64,000 nt of DNA from an uncultured delta proteobacterium (GTDB taxonomy: Bacteria; Myxococcota; Myxococcia; SLRQ01), in assembly GCA_963727485.1 (NCBI GenBank), contig CAVSGM010000009.1, positions 32,001 through 96,000 on the forward strand. The letters are read 5' to 3'. The notes under the pieces were generated by a model. The model did no database searches and was not told the DNA's origin. It saw only the letters and a program-made list of their open reading frames with translations. Both the position numbers and the translations under genes were made by a program. Shown here one piece after another: positions 54,001 through 63,837 of the stretch; the stretch's first letter is position 1, and every line of letters starts with the position of its first letter.

Positions 54001-57000
54001 AGAGGTGGCCGGGTCGTCGGTGACCACCGGCCCCGGGAGGTCGCCGGAGCCCACGGTGGCCTGGTTGGCGCAGTTGGTGCCGTTGGCGGTCCCCGGGGCG
54101 ATGGTCGCCCGGAACACCAGCACCGGGCTCACCCCCGGCACCACGTCGGCCAGCGCCGGGGTGGTCGAGGCGTTCCAGGTGATCCGGCCGCCGGCGTAGA
54201 CCCCGCCCTGCTGGGGCTGCACCGCGGTGAGGCAGGCGGCGATGGGGTCGGTGACCGTCACCTGGCGCACCGGCGCGTCCCCGGTGGCCTCGAGGGTGAG
54301 GTGGTACTCGAGGACGTCCCCGGGCATCTGGGCCCCGCCGTTGAGGTCGGTCCAGGTCTTGCTCGCGTAGAGGGACGCGGTGCTCTGCACCGTGATCCGG
54401 GTGGGGTCCCCAGGGGTCGGCGTGGCGGGATCGTCGGAGCCCACCGGCGAGGCGAGCTCGGTGGCGTGGACGAAGGCCTGGTTGGAGATGACCGTCCCGT
54501 TGGGGAGCGGCGTCGCCACGGTGGCGTCGAAGCCGAGCTGCACGTCGCCCCCGGGCGAAAGGCCCACGGTGCCCAGGGTCCAGGTGATCCGGCCGGCGGC
54601 GAAGCTGCCCCCGTTCCCCGGGGTCACGGCGGTGAGGTTCGGATCGATGGCGTCGGTGACCACCACCTGGGTGCCCTGGGCGTTCCCGGTGTTCCGGACG
54701 GTGAGGGTGTAGTGGACCCGGTCGCCGGGCCTCAGCTGCCCGCCATTGAGGTCGGTGGCCGTCTTGGTGGTGCCGGTGAACACCGGGGCGCTGACCACCG
54801 TGACCTTCGTCGGATCGTCGACGGCCTGGGTCGCGGGATCGTCGGTGGGCACCCCGCCGGGGATCTGGTCGCAGGCCACGTTCGCCTGGTTGGCGATGAC
54901 CGTGCCGTCGACCGTGGGCGTCTGGACGGTGGCGTCGAACACGAGGGTGGCCTGGCCGCCGGGGGCGACGGTGGCCAGCGCCGGCGTGGTGGCTGCGTTC
55001 CAGGTGATCTTCCCGCCGCCCTGGAGGCCGCCCCGCATCGGCTGCACCTGGACCAGGTGCGCCGGGAGGGGATTGGTGACCACCACGTTGCTGGCCGCCT
55101 GGGTGCCGGTGTTCTTGACCACCAGGGTGTAGCGCAGCACGTCCCCGGGCTCGACGTTCCCGCCGTTGAGGTCGACGACGGACTTGGTGCTCTGGGAGAG
55201 CACCGGCCGGTTCACCACCGTGAGGCCGTTGCTGGTGACCCGCACCGGGTTCTTCAGCTCGTCGGCGGCGAGGCTCGCCGAGTTGACCACCAGGGACCCG
55301 TCAGCGGCGCTGGTCCGCACCTTCACCGAGAACCGGAGGGTCACCGTGCCCCCGCCGGCGGCGACCACGACCTTGGGGGTGACCAGCTGACCGCTCCCGA
55401 AGGCGCCGCCGGTGGACGAGCAGGTGGTCCCGGTGGGCGCCTGGAGGAGCACGCACCCCTGCACCTGGGCCGGGAGGTCGTCGGTGACCACCACGTGGGC
55501 GTCGCGGTTCCGGGTGTTCTTGATGGTGACCACGTAGTCGACGGTGTCACCGGGGACGAGCGGCGCCCCGTTGGCGTCGACGGCGGTCTTGGTGGAGCTG
55601 GCGAGGTCCACGCCGTAGTCGAGGGTGACCACGGTGGGATCGGGGCTGGCGGTGGTCGCCGGATTGTCGGACACGTAGGGGCGGGTGAGGTACGGCGCCG
55701 AGACCGAGGCCTGGACCGGCAGCTTGAGCCCGTCGATGTCGTAGCTGGCCACCCCCTCGGCCAGCAGCTGGGCGGTGGTGTCGATGGTGACCTCGAAGAT
55801 CACGTCGACGCTGAAGTTCCCGGGGACGGTGATCCCGTCGACCTTCACGTACCCGGTGCCGTTGGCGCCGCCGGAGCCCGCCGACGCGTCGGTGGCCCCC
55901 GAGGGCACCACCACCACCGAGAGGCCACGCACGTAGCGCGGGAGGTCGGCGCGCACCGAGATGTTCCGGGCCTGCTGGCTCCCGGCGTTGGTGAGCTTGA
56001 GATCGTAGCGCAGGTGGTGACCGGGGACGGTGGGCGTCCCGTCGAGATCGGTCACCGAGAGGGTCGGCGGCGCCTGGAGGTTCGGGGCGCTGACCGTGGT
56101 GCAGGGGCTGGTGGTCAGGGACTTCGCCGAGGTCTGGTCCGAGTCGACGGTGGCGGTGTTGCAGATCTGGGTTCCGTCGGCGACCCCGCTGTTGATCCGC
56201 ACCTCGAAGGTGAGGGTGTGGCTGGTGGTGGTGCCGGCGCGGTAGTCGACCGTGCCCAGGTTGAGGCCCGCGGCCACCGGGCTCGCCCCCCCGACGTCGG
56301 CCAGCGGCTGGCCGTCGAGGTTGGTGGAGCCCCGGACGTAGGTGGTGGTGGACGGCAGGGCGTCCTTGACCACGGTGTTGGTCGCCGCCTGGGACCCGGT
56401 GTTCTGCACCTTCACCGTGTAGGTGAGGGTCTCGCCCACGGCGGCGGTGGACTTGTCGACCACCTTTCCGGTGCTCCCGCCGAACTGGGGCGCCACCGTG
56501 TCCACCGCCAGGAGCACGTAGCCCAGCGCAAAGAACTCGCCGTTGCCGCTCCCGTCGACGATGCCGTCGCCCGAGCCCGGCTGGATGGTGGCCCGGGTCT
56601 GCCCCGGCTTGATGAGGTTGAGGCCGGTGGGCCCGAGCTCGAAGCTGTCGATGTCCACGCCGTCGAAGGGCACGGCGGCGTTGGGCACGGTGCTGTTGAA
56701 GAGGTTGTCCGGGGGGTTGGAGGGGATGGACTGGAGCTTGTTGGTGGTGCCGTCCTGGCCGGTGAACCGCATGAAGTCGGCCCAGGTGGCGTCCAGCGGC
56801 GGGCTGCCGAGCTGAGGGTCGCCCTCGAGGCCGAAGAAGGTGATCTCGGCGGCGGCGGGGCTGCCTACCCGGAAGCCCGAGAGGGTGATCGGCGGGCTGA
56901 TGCCGCTCGAGACCGCGTCCTCGTCGCAGGCGTAGAAGCCGTCGTAGAGGTTGAGGTTGCGCACCTTGTTGTAGGAAGGGCTCGACCAGACGACGACCAT

Positions 57001-57618
57001 CGACCACCCGGCGTAGGCGGCCTCACAGCCCGGATCGGAGATGTCGCAGCCGTTGGAGAGGGTCCCGGTGACCCCGACCTTGGCGTCCACGCCATTGACG
57101 TTGTAGACGCCGTTGACGTCGCCCCCCTGCCGGGAGACCACCGCCCGGACCACGCTGGTGACGTCCTTGCGGCAGTAGAAGAACTGCTCGCCATCGCTGC
57201 CCAGGCTGCGGCAGGCGTCGGCGGTGAGGTGGGTGAGCAGCCCGTCGGGGGTGTAGAAGTCGAAGGTGGTGTCGGTGCTGCCGTCGATGCGCCCGGAGTA
57301 GAACACGTAGGCGCCCTCGACCTTGGCGTCGAGGGGGATGCCCTGGAGGGTGGCGCCGGTGTAGTCCGGGGTGAGCAGCAGCGAGTTCACCCGGGGGTCG
57401 GCCTGGTAGCTCATCAGCGTGTTGCCGATGGCGGTCGCCGAGCCCTGGACGGTGAACTGGTGGTAGAGGCTCGGGGGCTGGCCGGTGACCATGGCCCGGG
57501 CCACCGCCGGCACCGCCATCAGCGCCAGGGCACAGGCCAGGAGCCGGGCGCGCGTGGCGACGGACCGGCGCCCCGGATCGGCCGGGTCCCCCGGCGCTCT
57601 GGCCTCATCGAGCCTCAT
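42062..57618 (-). CDS. Giant (~5,180 aa) surface protein: signal peptide, N-terminal head, ~18 DUF11 repeats, SdrD/Cna-B-like domains, two OmpA-like domains, C-terminal beta-barrel (4 apparent indels)
   Basis: ORF pieces join at ~53047 (+1), ~48432 (+1), ~48388 (+1) and ~46058 (-1) into 5185 codons with domains continuing across each join; ends FLRVTGLY (BAM beta-signal-like). Confidence 0.82.
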
Positions 57619-57726
57619 CCCGCTCCCAACCGCCACCCGGGGCACGCGTCCTGGCCGATCCCCGGCCCCGGCGTCGCAGCAGCGGGCGATTATATCGGCC
57701 CGGGCGGGCCGATCAAAAAGGAGAAC

Positions 57727-57924
57727 TCACATCTCCCGGAGCCGCAGGCGCCCCCCGTCGCTCACCTTCACCCGGAAGTCCGCGCCACAGTAGTAGCAGC
57801 GGACCTCGTCGCCGTCCCCGAAGCCGTCGTCGTAGGGGTTGTTGGCGTCGCAGGTGGGGCAGTCGAAGTCGGTGAACCGCTTCCCTGCCTCCTTGTCGTC
57901 GTGCTCGCTGTCGTCGGGTGCCAT
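57727..57924 (-). CDS. Small zinc-ribbon protein
   Basis: CPTC-x16-CYYC; AAGGAGG RBS. Confidence 0.8.
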   Translation of the reverse strand: MAPDDSEHDDKEAGKRFTDFDCPTCDANNPYDDGFGDGDEVRCYYCGADFRVKVSDGGRLRLREM

Positions 57925-57961
57925 CGAGGCCTCCTTCCGGGGTCGCCGGCGTTCGGGGCGG

Positions 57962-58462
57962 TCACCAGCGGTCGAGGAAGTCCTCGAGGTCGCCGGCCGC
58001 GCCTTCGCATCGCTTCCGCGCGGCCTCCAGGGCCGCCCCCACCTCGGGGCGCCCGCCGGCCAGGGGGGCCAGGGCGCTCGCAGGGATCTCCAGGACCTCC
58101 GCCTCCGAGGCGGCCGCCGCGCTCACCCGCCGGGTGGGCCCCCCGAGGGCGGCGCCGGCGCCGAAGACGTCGCCCGGGGCCAGGGTCACCGCCGGGACCG
58201 CCGCCGCCGCGTCCCCGGCGAGGATGGCCACCTCGCCGCGGAGGAGGAGGAACACGCTCCCGGCCGGATCCCCCTCGCCGTAGAGGCGCGCGCCGCGGGC
58301 CAGGCGCCGCACCCTGCCCTGCCCCAGGCGGGCGTGGGCCTCGTCGCCCAGGGCCTTCACCAGCGCCACCCGGGAGAGCAGCGGGTCGTCGAGGACCAGG
58401 TCGCCCCCGTCGATCCGCTTGAGCCCCAGCCGCAGCACCGGCTTGCCTGGATCGTCACTCAC
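57962..58462 (-). CDS. Stand-alone cyclic nucleotide-binding domain protein
   Basis: LYGEGDPAGSVFLLLRGEV, PGDVFG, RRVSAAA; GTG start after AGGAG. Confidence 0.8.
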   Translation of the reverse strand: MSDDPGKPVLRLGLKRIDGGDLVLDDPLLSRVALVKALGDEAHARLGQGRVRRLARGARLYGEGDPAGSVFLLLRGEVAILAGDAAAAVPAVTLAPGDVFGAGAALGGPTRRVSAAAASEAEVLEIPASALAPLAGGRPEVGAALEAARKRCEGAAGDLEDFLDRW

Positions 58463-58470
58463 GTGGGCTC

Positions 58471-60609
58471 CTACTTGAGGGTGACATCCGCCGCCGGCTT
58501 GGTGCGGTAGTTGGCGTCGACGTAGTCCATCAGCTCGAAGAGGCTGTCGGCGTAGGGCGTCTGGTCGGCGCTGCCCATGCCGGTCCGGTTCACGTAGAAG
58601 CTGCCGGCGTGGCACTCCCGGTGCCACTTTGAGCCGAAGGTCTTCCCCGGAGTCTCGTCGCAGTCGCGGTTCCCCTGGTCGTCGACCATGCAGCACCGCC
58701 CGTCGACGTAGACGACGATCATCTTCTGGAGGAGACCGTCGGCCTCGTAGCCGTCGATGACCAGGTTCAGGGCGCCCATCCCCTGGGGGTCCTGGCCGTA
58801 GCCGTGGAGGAAGTAGAGCACCGGGTAGGTGAGGTCGGCGTTGGCCGGGTCGTCGTAGCCCGGCGGCAGGGCGATGAAGAAGTCGCGCTTCGAGCCCAGG
58901 GACGCGCTGTCGTAGGAGAGCGTCTTGCTGAGGGTGTCGAAGTTCCACTGGGTGACCGGGGCGTAGTCGCCGTCGGGCCACCGGGCGCTCAGCCAGTCGA
59001 AGAAGGTGTTGAACCGGTTGATGACCTCGGTGCCGGTGCCCACGTGGGCGCCGTCCCCGCTGCGCCACTGCTTGTCGGTGGCGCCGACGGTGCCGTAGAG
59101 GAGCAGGGACCGCCCCGGGACCTTGGCGAGATCGAGGTTCTGCCAGGCGTAGGTGCCGTTCCAGTCGCCGGAGAGGCTGGGGAGCGCGGTGAAGTCCTGG
59201 TACCAGCTCGAGGCCTTCGGCCGCCTCGCCGAGAGGGCTCCGAAGACCTGGCTGGCGTTGACCCCGAAGTTGAAGATGTCGCGGATGCCCCCGTCGAGGT
59301 AGTAGCCGACCCGGTGGACGGTGGCGTCGCTCCAGTTCTCGATGGCGGTGCGGGCGTCGTGGGCGAAGAAGTTCTTCTCGTTCGCCGACATGTCGTACTT
59401 CCCGTTGCCCTCGCCGAAGTCGCCGGTGTTCGGCACCCCGTCGAGGCCGTCGTCGGCGTAGGTCTCGCCCTGCTCCCACTTGAAGTCGTGCTCGGTCCCG
59501 GTGGGGTTGGTCTGCCAGCTGTAGTCGTCGCCGTTGGGGTCGGGGTCGGTGCTCGGGTCGTAGGGCCCGGTGGCGCCGGCGGCGACGCAGCCGCCCTTCC
59601 CGTCCTCCTGGGGATTGGCGCAGCCGTCGACCCCCGTGTCCTCGAAGCGCTCGGCGGCGTTGACGATCAGCGGCTCGCCGTAGTCGCGCTTCCCGTCGCC
59701 GTCGTAGTCCACCGCCAGGGCGATGCGGATACGCTGGTGGTGGGGCTGGCAGGGATCGTAGGCGCCCTTCTCCGAGTAGTAGACGTCGGGCCACTTGGCC
59801 TTGAGGGTGCTCTTCGAGGGGGTGATCGCAGGGCCGTCGGCGCCGCAGAAGGCGTCCGGGGTCTGGCCGGAGCAGAAGTCCACGGGCTGGCCGGTCTTCT
59901 GGCAGACGGTGATGGGCTCCTCGCCGTCACAGAAGGTGACCGCGTCGAAGCGTCCGTCGGGGTTGTACTCGGCGTTGTAGACCGGGTGGGTGCCGCCGTG
60001 ATCCGTGCCCTTGATCACCACCGGGTTGGCGCAGGTCCAGCTGTCGTCGACCCCCGGCGGGAAGAAGGGGCTCGCGGCGTTCTCGTAGGCGGGGTTGCCC
60101 AGCGCCAGGGAGAGGTCCTCGAAGAGGTCGATGTAGGCGCTGCGATCGAAGGTGCCGCCGTTGTCGTCGAACCACCAGTCGTTGAAGCTCGAGGGGTGCT
60201 CGAAGGGCTGGGTGGTCGCCGGGTGGATGGCGCAGGCCTCGATGGTGGCCTTGTCGTCGAGGATGCTCGTGTCCCCGGGGTGGTCCTTCAGGAGCTTGAG
60301 GTAGTCCTGGTAGGTGCAGAAGCCGCCGAGCTCCTGGGTCTGGAGGAAGTGGAGCATGTAGGCGGCGTCGAAGGGCCCGCCGAGGGCCCCGAAGGCGTCG
60401 AAGCGGTCGGCGTGCTCGGGGCCGACCGCCGAGGTGCCGATGGCGCCCATGCTCACCCCGGCGAGGGCCCGGAAGGTGTAGTGGCGGACCTTCGGCTGGG
60501 TCTTGCCGCCGGTGCCCCCGTCCGGGGTCCCGCCTCCCTGGTTGGGGCCGCAGGCGGCGACGAGACCCGAGAGGAGGACGACGGGGAGGAGACCGGCAGG
60601 CACACGCAT
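58471..60609 (-). CDS. Lipoprotein with esterase (alpha/beta hydrolase) motifs in permuted order
   Basis: LVAAC lipobox; RALAGVSMG near N-terminus; LPPGY..YPVLYFLHGYG near C-terminus; Asp/Gly/Cys-rich insert. Confidence 0.85.
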   Translation of the reverse strand: MRVPAGLLPVVLLSGLVAACGPNQGGGTPDGGTGGKTQPKVRHYTFRALAGVSMGAIGTSAVGPEHADRFDAFGALGGPFDAAYMLHFLQTQELGGFCTYQDYLKLLKDHPGDTSILDDKATIEACAIHPATTQPFEHPSSFNDWWFDDNGGTFDRSAYIDLFEDLSLALGNPAYENAASPFFPPGVDDSWTCANPVVIKGTDHGGTHPVYNAEYNPDGRFDAVTFCDGEEPITVCQKTGQPVDFCSGQTPDAFCGADGPAITPSKSTLKAKWPDVYYSEKGAYDPCQPHHQRIRIALAVDYDGDGKRDYGEPLIVNAAERFEDTGVDGCANPQEDGKGGCVAAGATGPYDPSTDPDPNGDDYSWQTNPTGTEHDFKWEQGETYADDGLDGVPNTGDFGEGNGKYDMSANEKNFFAHDARTAIENWSDATVHRVGYYLDGGIRDIFNFGVNASQVFGALSARRPKASSWYQDFTALPSLSGDWNGTYAWQNLDLAKVPGRSLLLYGTVGATDKQWRSGDGAHVGTGTEVINRFNTFFDWLSARWPDGDYAPVTQWNFDTLSKTLSYDSASLGSKRDFFIALPPGYDDPANADLTYPVLYFLHGYGQDPQGMGALNLVIDGYEADGLLQKMIVVYVDGRCCMVDDQGNRDCDETPGKTFGSKWHRECHAGSFYVNRTGMGSADQTPYADSLFELMDYVDANYRTKPAADVTLK

Positions 60610-60699
60610 GACCGCCAGCCTACCAGGGGGCCGGCCCCCCGGACCAGCCATGGCGCTCGCCCCCCCAGGCGCTAGCGTCCCGGTCGCCCGGGCCCGGGG

Positions 60700-61728
60700 T
60701 CACGCCTCCAGGTGATCGATGATCGCCTGGGCGATGGCCTCGGTCCCCAGCTCGCCGCCGAGGTCCCGGCTCTTCATGCCCTCGGCGAGCGCCGCGTCGT
60801 AGGCCCGGCGGATCCGCCCGGCGACCTCCCGGCTCTCGGGGTCGCCGTGGCGATCGGCGAGGTGGTTGAGCATCATCACCGCCGACATCAGGAGCGCCAG
60901 GGGGTTGGCGAGGCCCTGGCCGGCGATGTCCGGCGCCGAGCCGTGGACCGCCTCGAAGACCGCGTAGTCGTCGCCGATGTTGGCCCCGGGGACCACGCCC
61001 AGGCCCCCGACCAGGCCGGCGCAGAGGTCGCTGACCACGTCGCCGTAGAGGTTCTCGCACAGCAGCATGTCGAACTTCGTGGGGTCCTGCACCAGCTTCA
61101 TGAAGCCGGCGTCGATGATGACCTCCTGGTACTCGATCTCCGGGTGCTCCTCGGTGTGCACCTTCCGGGCGCAGCGGAGGAAGAGGCCGTCGGACATCTT
61201 CATGATGTTGGCCTTGTGGAGCACCGTGACCTTCTTGCGGCCCCGCTCCTTGGCGTAGCGGAAGGCCCAGCGGCTGATGCGGGTGCACGCGGCCTCGGTG
61301 GCGACCTTGAGGCTCGTGACCACGCCCTTGGTGATCTCGTTCTCGATGCCGCTGTAGAGGCCCTCGGTGTTCTCGCGGATGACCACGATGTCCACGTCGT
61401 CGTAGCGGGTCTTGACCCCGGGCATGCTGCGCACCGGGCGGACCGCCGCGTAGAGGTCGAGGGCCTTGCGCAGCTGCACGTTCACCGACTGGAAGCCCTC
61501 GCCCACCGGGGTGGTGCACGGGCCCTTGAGGGCGATGCCGTGCTCCCGGATGGCGGCGAGGGTCTCCTCGGGGATGAGCTCCTTGCCGCGCTCGAGGGCG
61601 GCGAGGCCGGCGTGGCGCTCGATCCAGTCGATGCGGGCGCCGGCGGCGTCGAGGATCTTCTGGGTGGCGGCGGCGACCTCGGGGCCGATGCCGTCGCCGG
61701 GGACGAGGACGATGCTGTGCCGGGCCAT
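60700..61728 (-). CDS. Isocitrate/isopropylmalate dehydrogenase family protein (NAD-IDH-like)
   Basis: GDGIGPEV, SVNVQLRK, IRENTEGLY, HKANIMK, NLYGDVVSD, EAVHGSAPDIAG. Confidence 0.93.
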   Translation of the reverse strand: MARHSIVLVPGDGIGPEVAAATQKILDAAGARIDWIERHAGLAALERGKELIPEETLAAIREHGIALKGPCTTPVGEGFQSVNVQLRKALDLYAAVRPVRSMPGVKTRYDDVDIVVIRENTEGLYSGIENEITKGVVTSLKVATEAACTRISRWAFRYAKERGRKKVTVLHKANIMKMSDGLFLRCARKVHTEEHPEIEYQEVIIDAGFMKLVQDPTKFDMLLCENLYGDVVSDLCAGLVGGLGVVPGANIGDDYAVFEAVHGSAPDIAGQGLANPLALLMSAVMMLNHLADRHGDPESREVAGRIRRAYDAALAEGMKSRDLGGELGTEAIAQAIIDHLEA

Positions 61729-61819
61729 TTCGGTTACCTCTCGGATGCGGGGGGGACCGGGTGCGAGGCGCCTATCTAGCGTCGATGGCGCGCCGCGTAA
61801 AGCCGGGCACCCCGCCCCG

Positions 61820-62524
61820 TCAGAACCGCTCGACCCAGGGCCGCAGGTCCAGCTCCTGGGTCCACGCGGACCGGTGCTGCCGATGGAGGTGGAGGTAGCT
61901 GTCGGCGATGGCGTCCGGGGAGAGGAGCGCGTCCTCGGGGCGCTCGGCGGCCAGCCCGGCGAGACGCTCGGAGGCGACCTGGCCGTCGAGGATCACGTGG
62001 GCCACGTGGACCCCGTCGGGGTGCATCTCCCGGGCGAGGCTCTGGGCCAGGGCCCGGAGCCCGAACTTGCCCACCGCCAGGTTGGCGAAGCCGGCGCTCC
62101 CCCGGAGCGACGCGGTGGCCCCGGTGAAGATCAGGGTCCCCCGCCCCGCCTCGCGCATCCGCCGGCCGGCCTCCCGGCCCACCAGGAAGCCCCCGAGGCA
62201 GCCCACCCGCCAGGCGCGCTCGAAGGAGGCCACGTCGGTCTCCAGCACCGTCCCCGGAGCGTAGCTCCCGGCGTTGTAGACGGTGAGCGACGGGGTCCCG
62301 AGGTCCGCCTCGACGTCGGCGAAGAGGCGCCGGACCTCGGCGTCGAGGGTGGCGTCGCAGGCGTAGGCCCGCCCCCCGAGGTCGGCGGCGAGGGGCCCGG
62401 TGGTCTCCAGGCGCCGGGCCGCGAGCGCCACGGCCATGCCCGCCTCGGCGAAGCGCCGCGCCAGGGCCGCGCCCAGGCCCGGCCCCACGCCCACCACCAC
62501 CGCCACCTCGCGCTTGTCACTCAT
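61820..62524 (-). CDS. Short-chain dehydrogenase/reductase
   Basis: VGVGPGLG, YNAG, FTGATASLRG, KFGLRALAQSLARE, VHVAHVILDG. Confidence 0.92.
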   Translation of the reverse strand: MSDKREVAVVVGVGPGLGAALARRFAEAGMAVALAARRLETTGPLAADLGGRAYACDATLDAEVRRLFADVEADLGTPSLTVYNAGSYAPGTVLETDVASFERAWRVGCLGGFLVGREAGRRMREAGRGTLIFTGATASLRGSAGFANLAVGKFGLRALAQSLAREMHPDGVHVAHVILDGQVASERLAGLAAERPEDALLSPDAIADSYLHLHRQHRSAWTQELDLRPWVERF

Positions 62525-62535
62525 GCCCGCGGACG

Positions 62536-63744
62536 CTAGGTGGCGGGGGGCGCCGGCGCAAGGCGCCGCTGGACCAGGCGCTCGAGGGCCTGGGGCACGC
62601 GCTGGGCGAGGACCAGGAGATCGCCGATGTCCGTGGTGACGTAGGCCCCGTCGCCCCCGTCGAGGTAGATCCCGAAGACCACCCGGCCCCGGTAGTGGAC
62701 CGGGAACAGGCCCGCCGTCAGGGGCCGGGCGCCGCCGAGGGTCTTGAGGAAGCGCCGGTGGACCGGGTGGTCGGCCAGCGGCCCCAGGAAGTGGCCCCCG
62801 GTGTCCGAGACCAGGCCGAAGCAGGTCCCGGGCTCGGCGGGGGCGACCAGGGTGGCGAGGCGCGCCGGGACGATGCCCGCGCCGCCGCCGACCCAGCCGG
62901 TCCACACCCGGGCCTGGTGGAGGAGCACCGCCACCCGCTCGCCCTTGGAGCGGGCGAAGGCCACGAGGACCTCGCCCACCTCCCGGCGCCCGGTGGCGGC
63001 GTCGAGGCGGCGCAGGGCCTCGGCGAGATCGGCGATGGGGGGCGGGGCCTCGGACAGCTCGTGCTCGGCCCCGAGCTCCAGGACCTCCCCGCCGGCCTCC
63101 CCGGGCCACTCCGGCGCCGGCGGCGCGTCGGCCCCGGGCTCCCGGGCGTAGAGGGCCTCGAAGGAGGCCTCGGAGATGAGGTCCTCGGCGGGCCCGGCCT
63201 CGGCGGCGCTGGTCGCCTGCTTCAGGTGGTGGGCCCGGCGCTGGTCCACCAGCTCGAAGCGGGCCTGCCGGGGGAGCTGGTAGAGCTGCCCCAGGAGGCG
63301 CTCCAGGGGCACCTCCCCGAGGAAGTGGGGGACGACCCGGGCCCGGGTCGTCCGGGCGACGCCCTCGAGGGCCTTGAGGTCCCAGGGCTCGCAGGTGGCC
63401 ACCTGGAGGGTCCGGTCGTCGCCGGCGAAGGGGATGAGCCGGAGCCGGGCCACCAGGCCCCGGGGCAGGCGCGCGAGGACCTCCCGGGGCGCCGCCGCCA
63501 CCGCCCGGGGGTCGGCGGGCGGGAGGCCCAGGAGGGTCGAGGCGAGGCGGGTGAGGACCCGGCCGTCGGCCCGGCCCAGCTCGTAGAGGGCCGTGGCCAG
63601 GTGGCCCCCGAGGACCACCTGCTGGCCCAGGGCGGCGTCGAGATTGGCCGGGGTGACCTGCCCCTCGTCGAGGAGGGCCTGGGCCAGCCTGGCCTCGAAG
63701 CGCTCCCGGAGCGCCTGGGTCGGGTCGCCGGCGAGAGGGATCAT
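62536..63744 (-). CDS. GspE-N/MshEN-domain protein without ATPase
   Basis: RLAQALLDEGQVT..LDAALGQQ..GGHLATALYELG, followed by an unknown C-terminal domain. Confidence 0.75.
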   Translation of the reverse strand: MIPLAGDPTQALRERFEARLAQALLDEGQVTPANLDAALGQQVVLGGHLATALYELGRADGRVLTRLASTLLGLPPADPRAVAAAPREVLARLPRGLVARLRLIPFAGDDRTLQVATCEPWDLKALEGVARTTRARVVPHFLGEVPLERLLGQLYQLPRQARFELVDQRRAHHLKQATSAAEAGPAEDLISEASFEALYAREPGADAPPAPEWPGEAGGEVLELGAEHELSEAPPPIADLAEALRRLDAATGRREVGEVLVAFARSKGERVAVLLHQARVWTGWVGGGAGIVPARLATLVAPAEPGTCFGLVSDTGGHFLGPLADHPVHRRFLKTLGGARPLTAGLFPVHYRGRVVFGIYLDGGDGAYVTTDIGDLLVLAQRVPQALERLVQRRLAPAPPAT

Positions 63745-63783
63745 CGGTTCCAGGATAGACGCTCCCCGGGGGCCGGGGTAACC

Positions 63784-63814
63784 AAAGAAAAAGGCCCCGG
63801 TCTCCCGGGGCCTT
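63784..63814 (-). terminator. Rho-independent terminator
   Basis: AAGGCCCCGG-TCTC-CCGGGGCCTT hairpin with an A-run on the left (U-tract on minus strand), just past the stop at 63838. Confidence 0.85.
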
Positions 63815-63837
63815 CTTCGTTCACGACTGGCGAAGCG

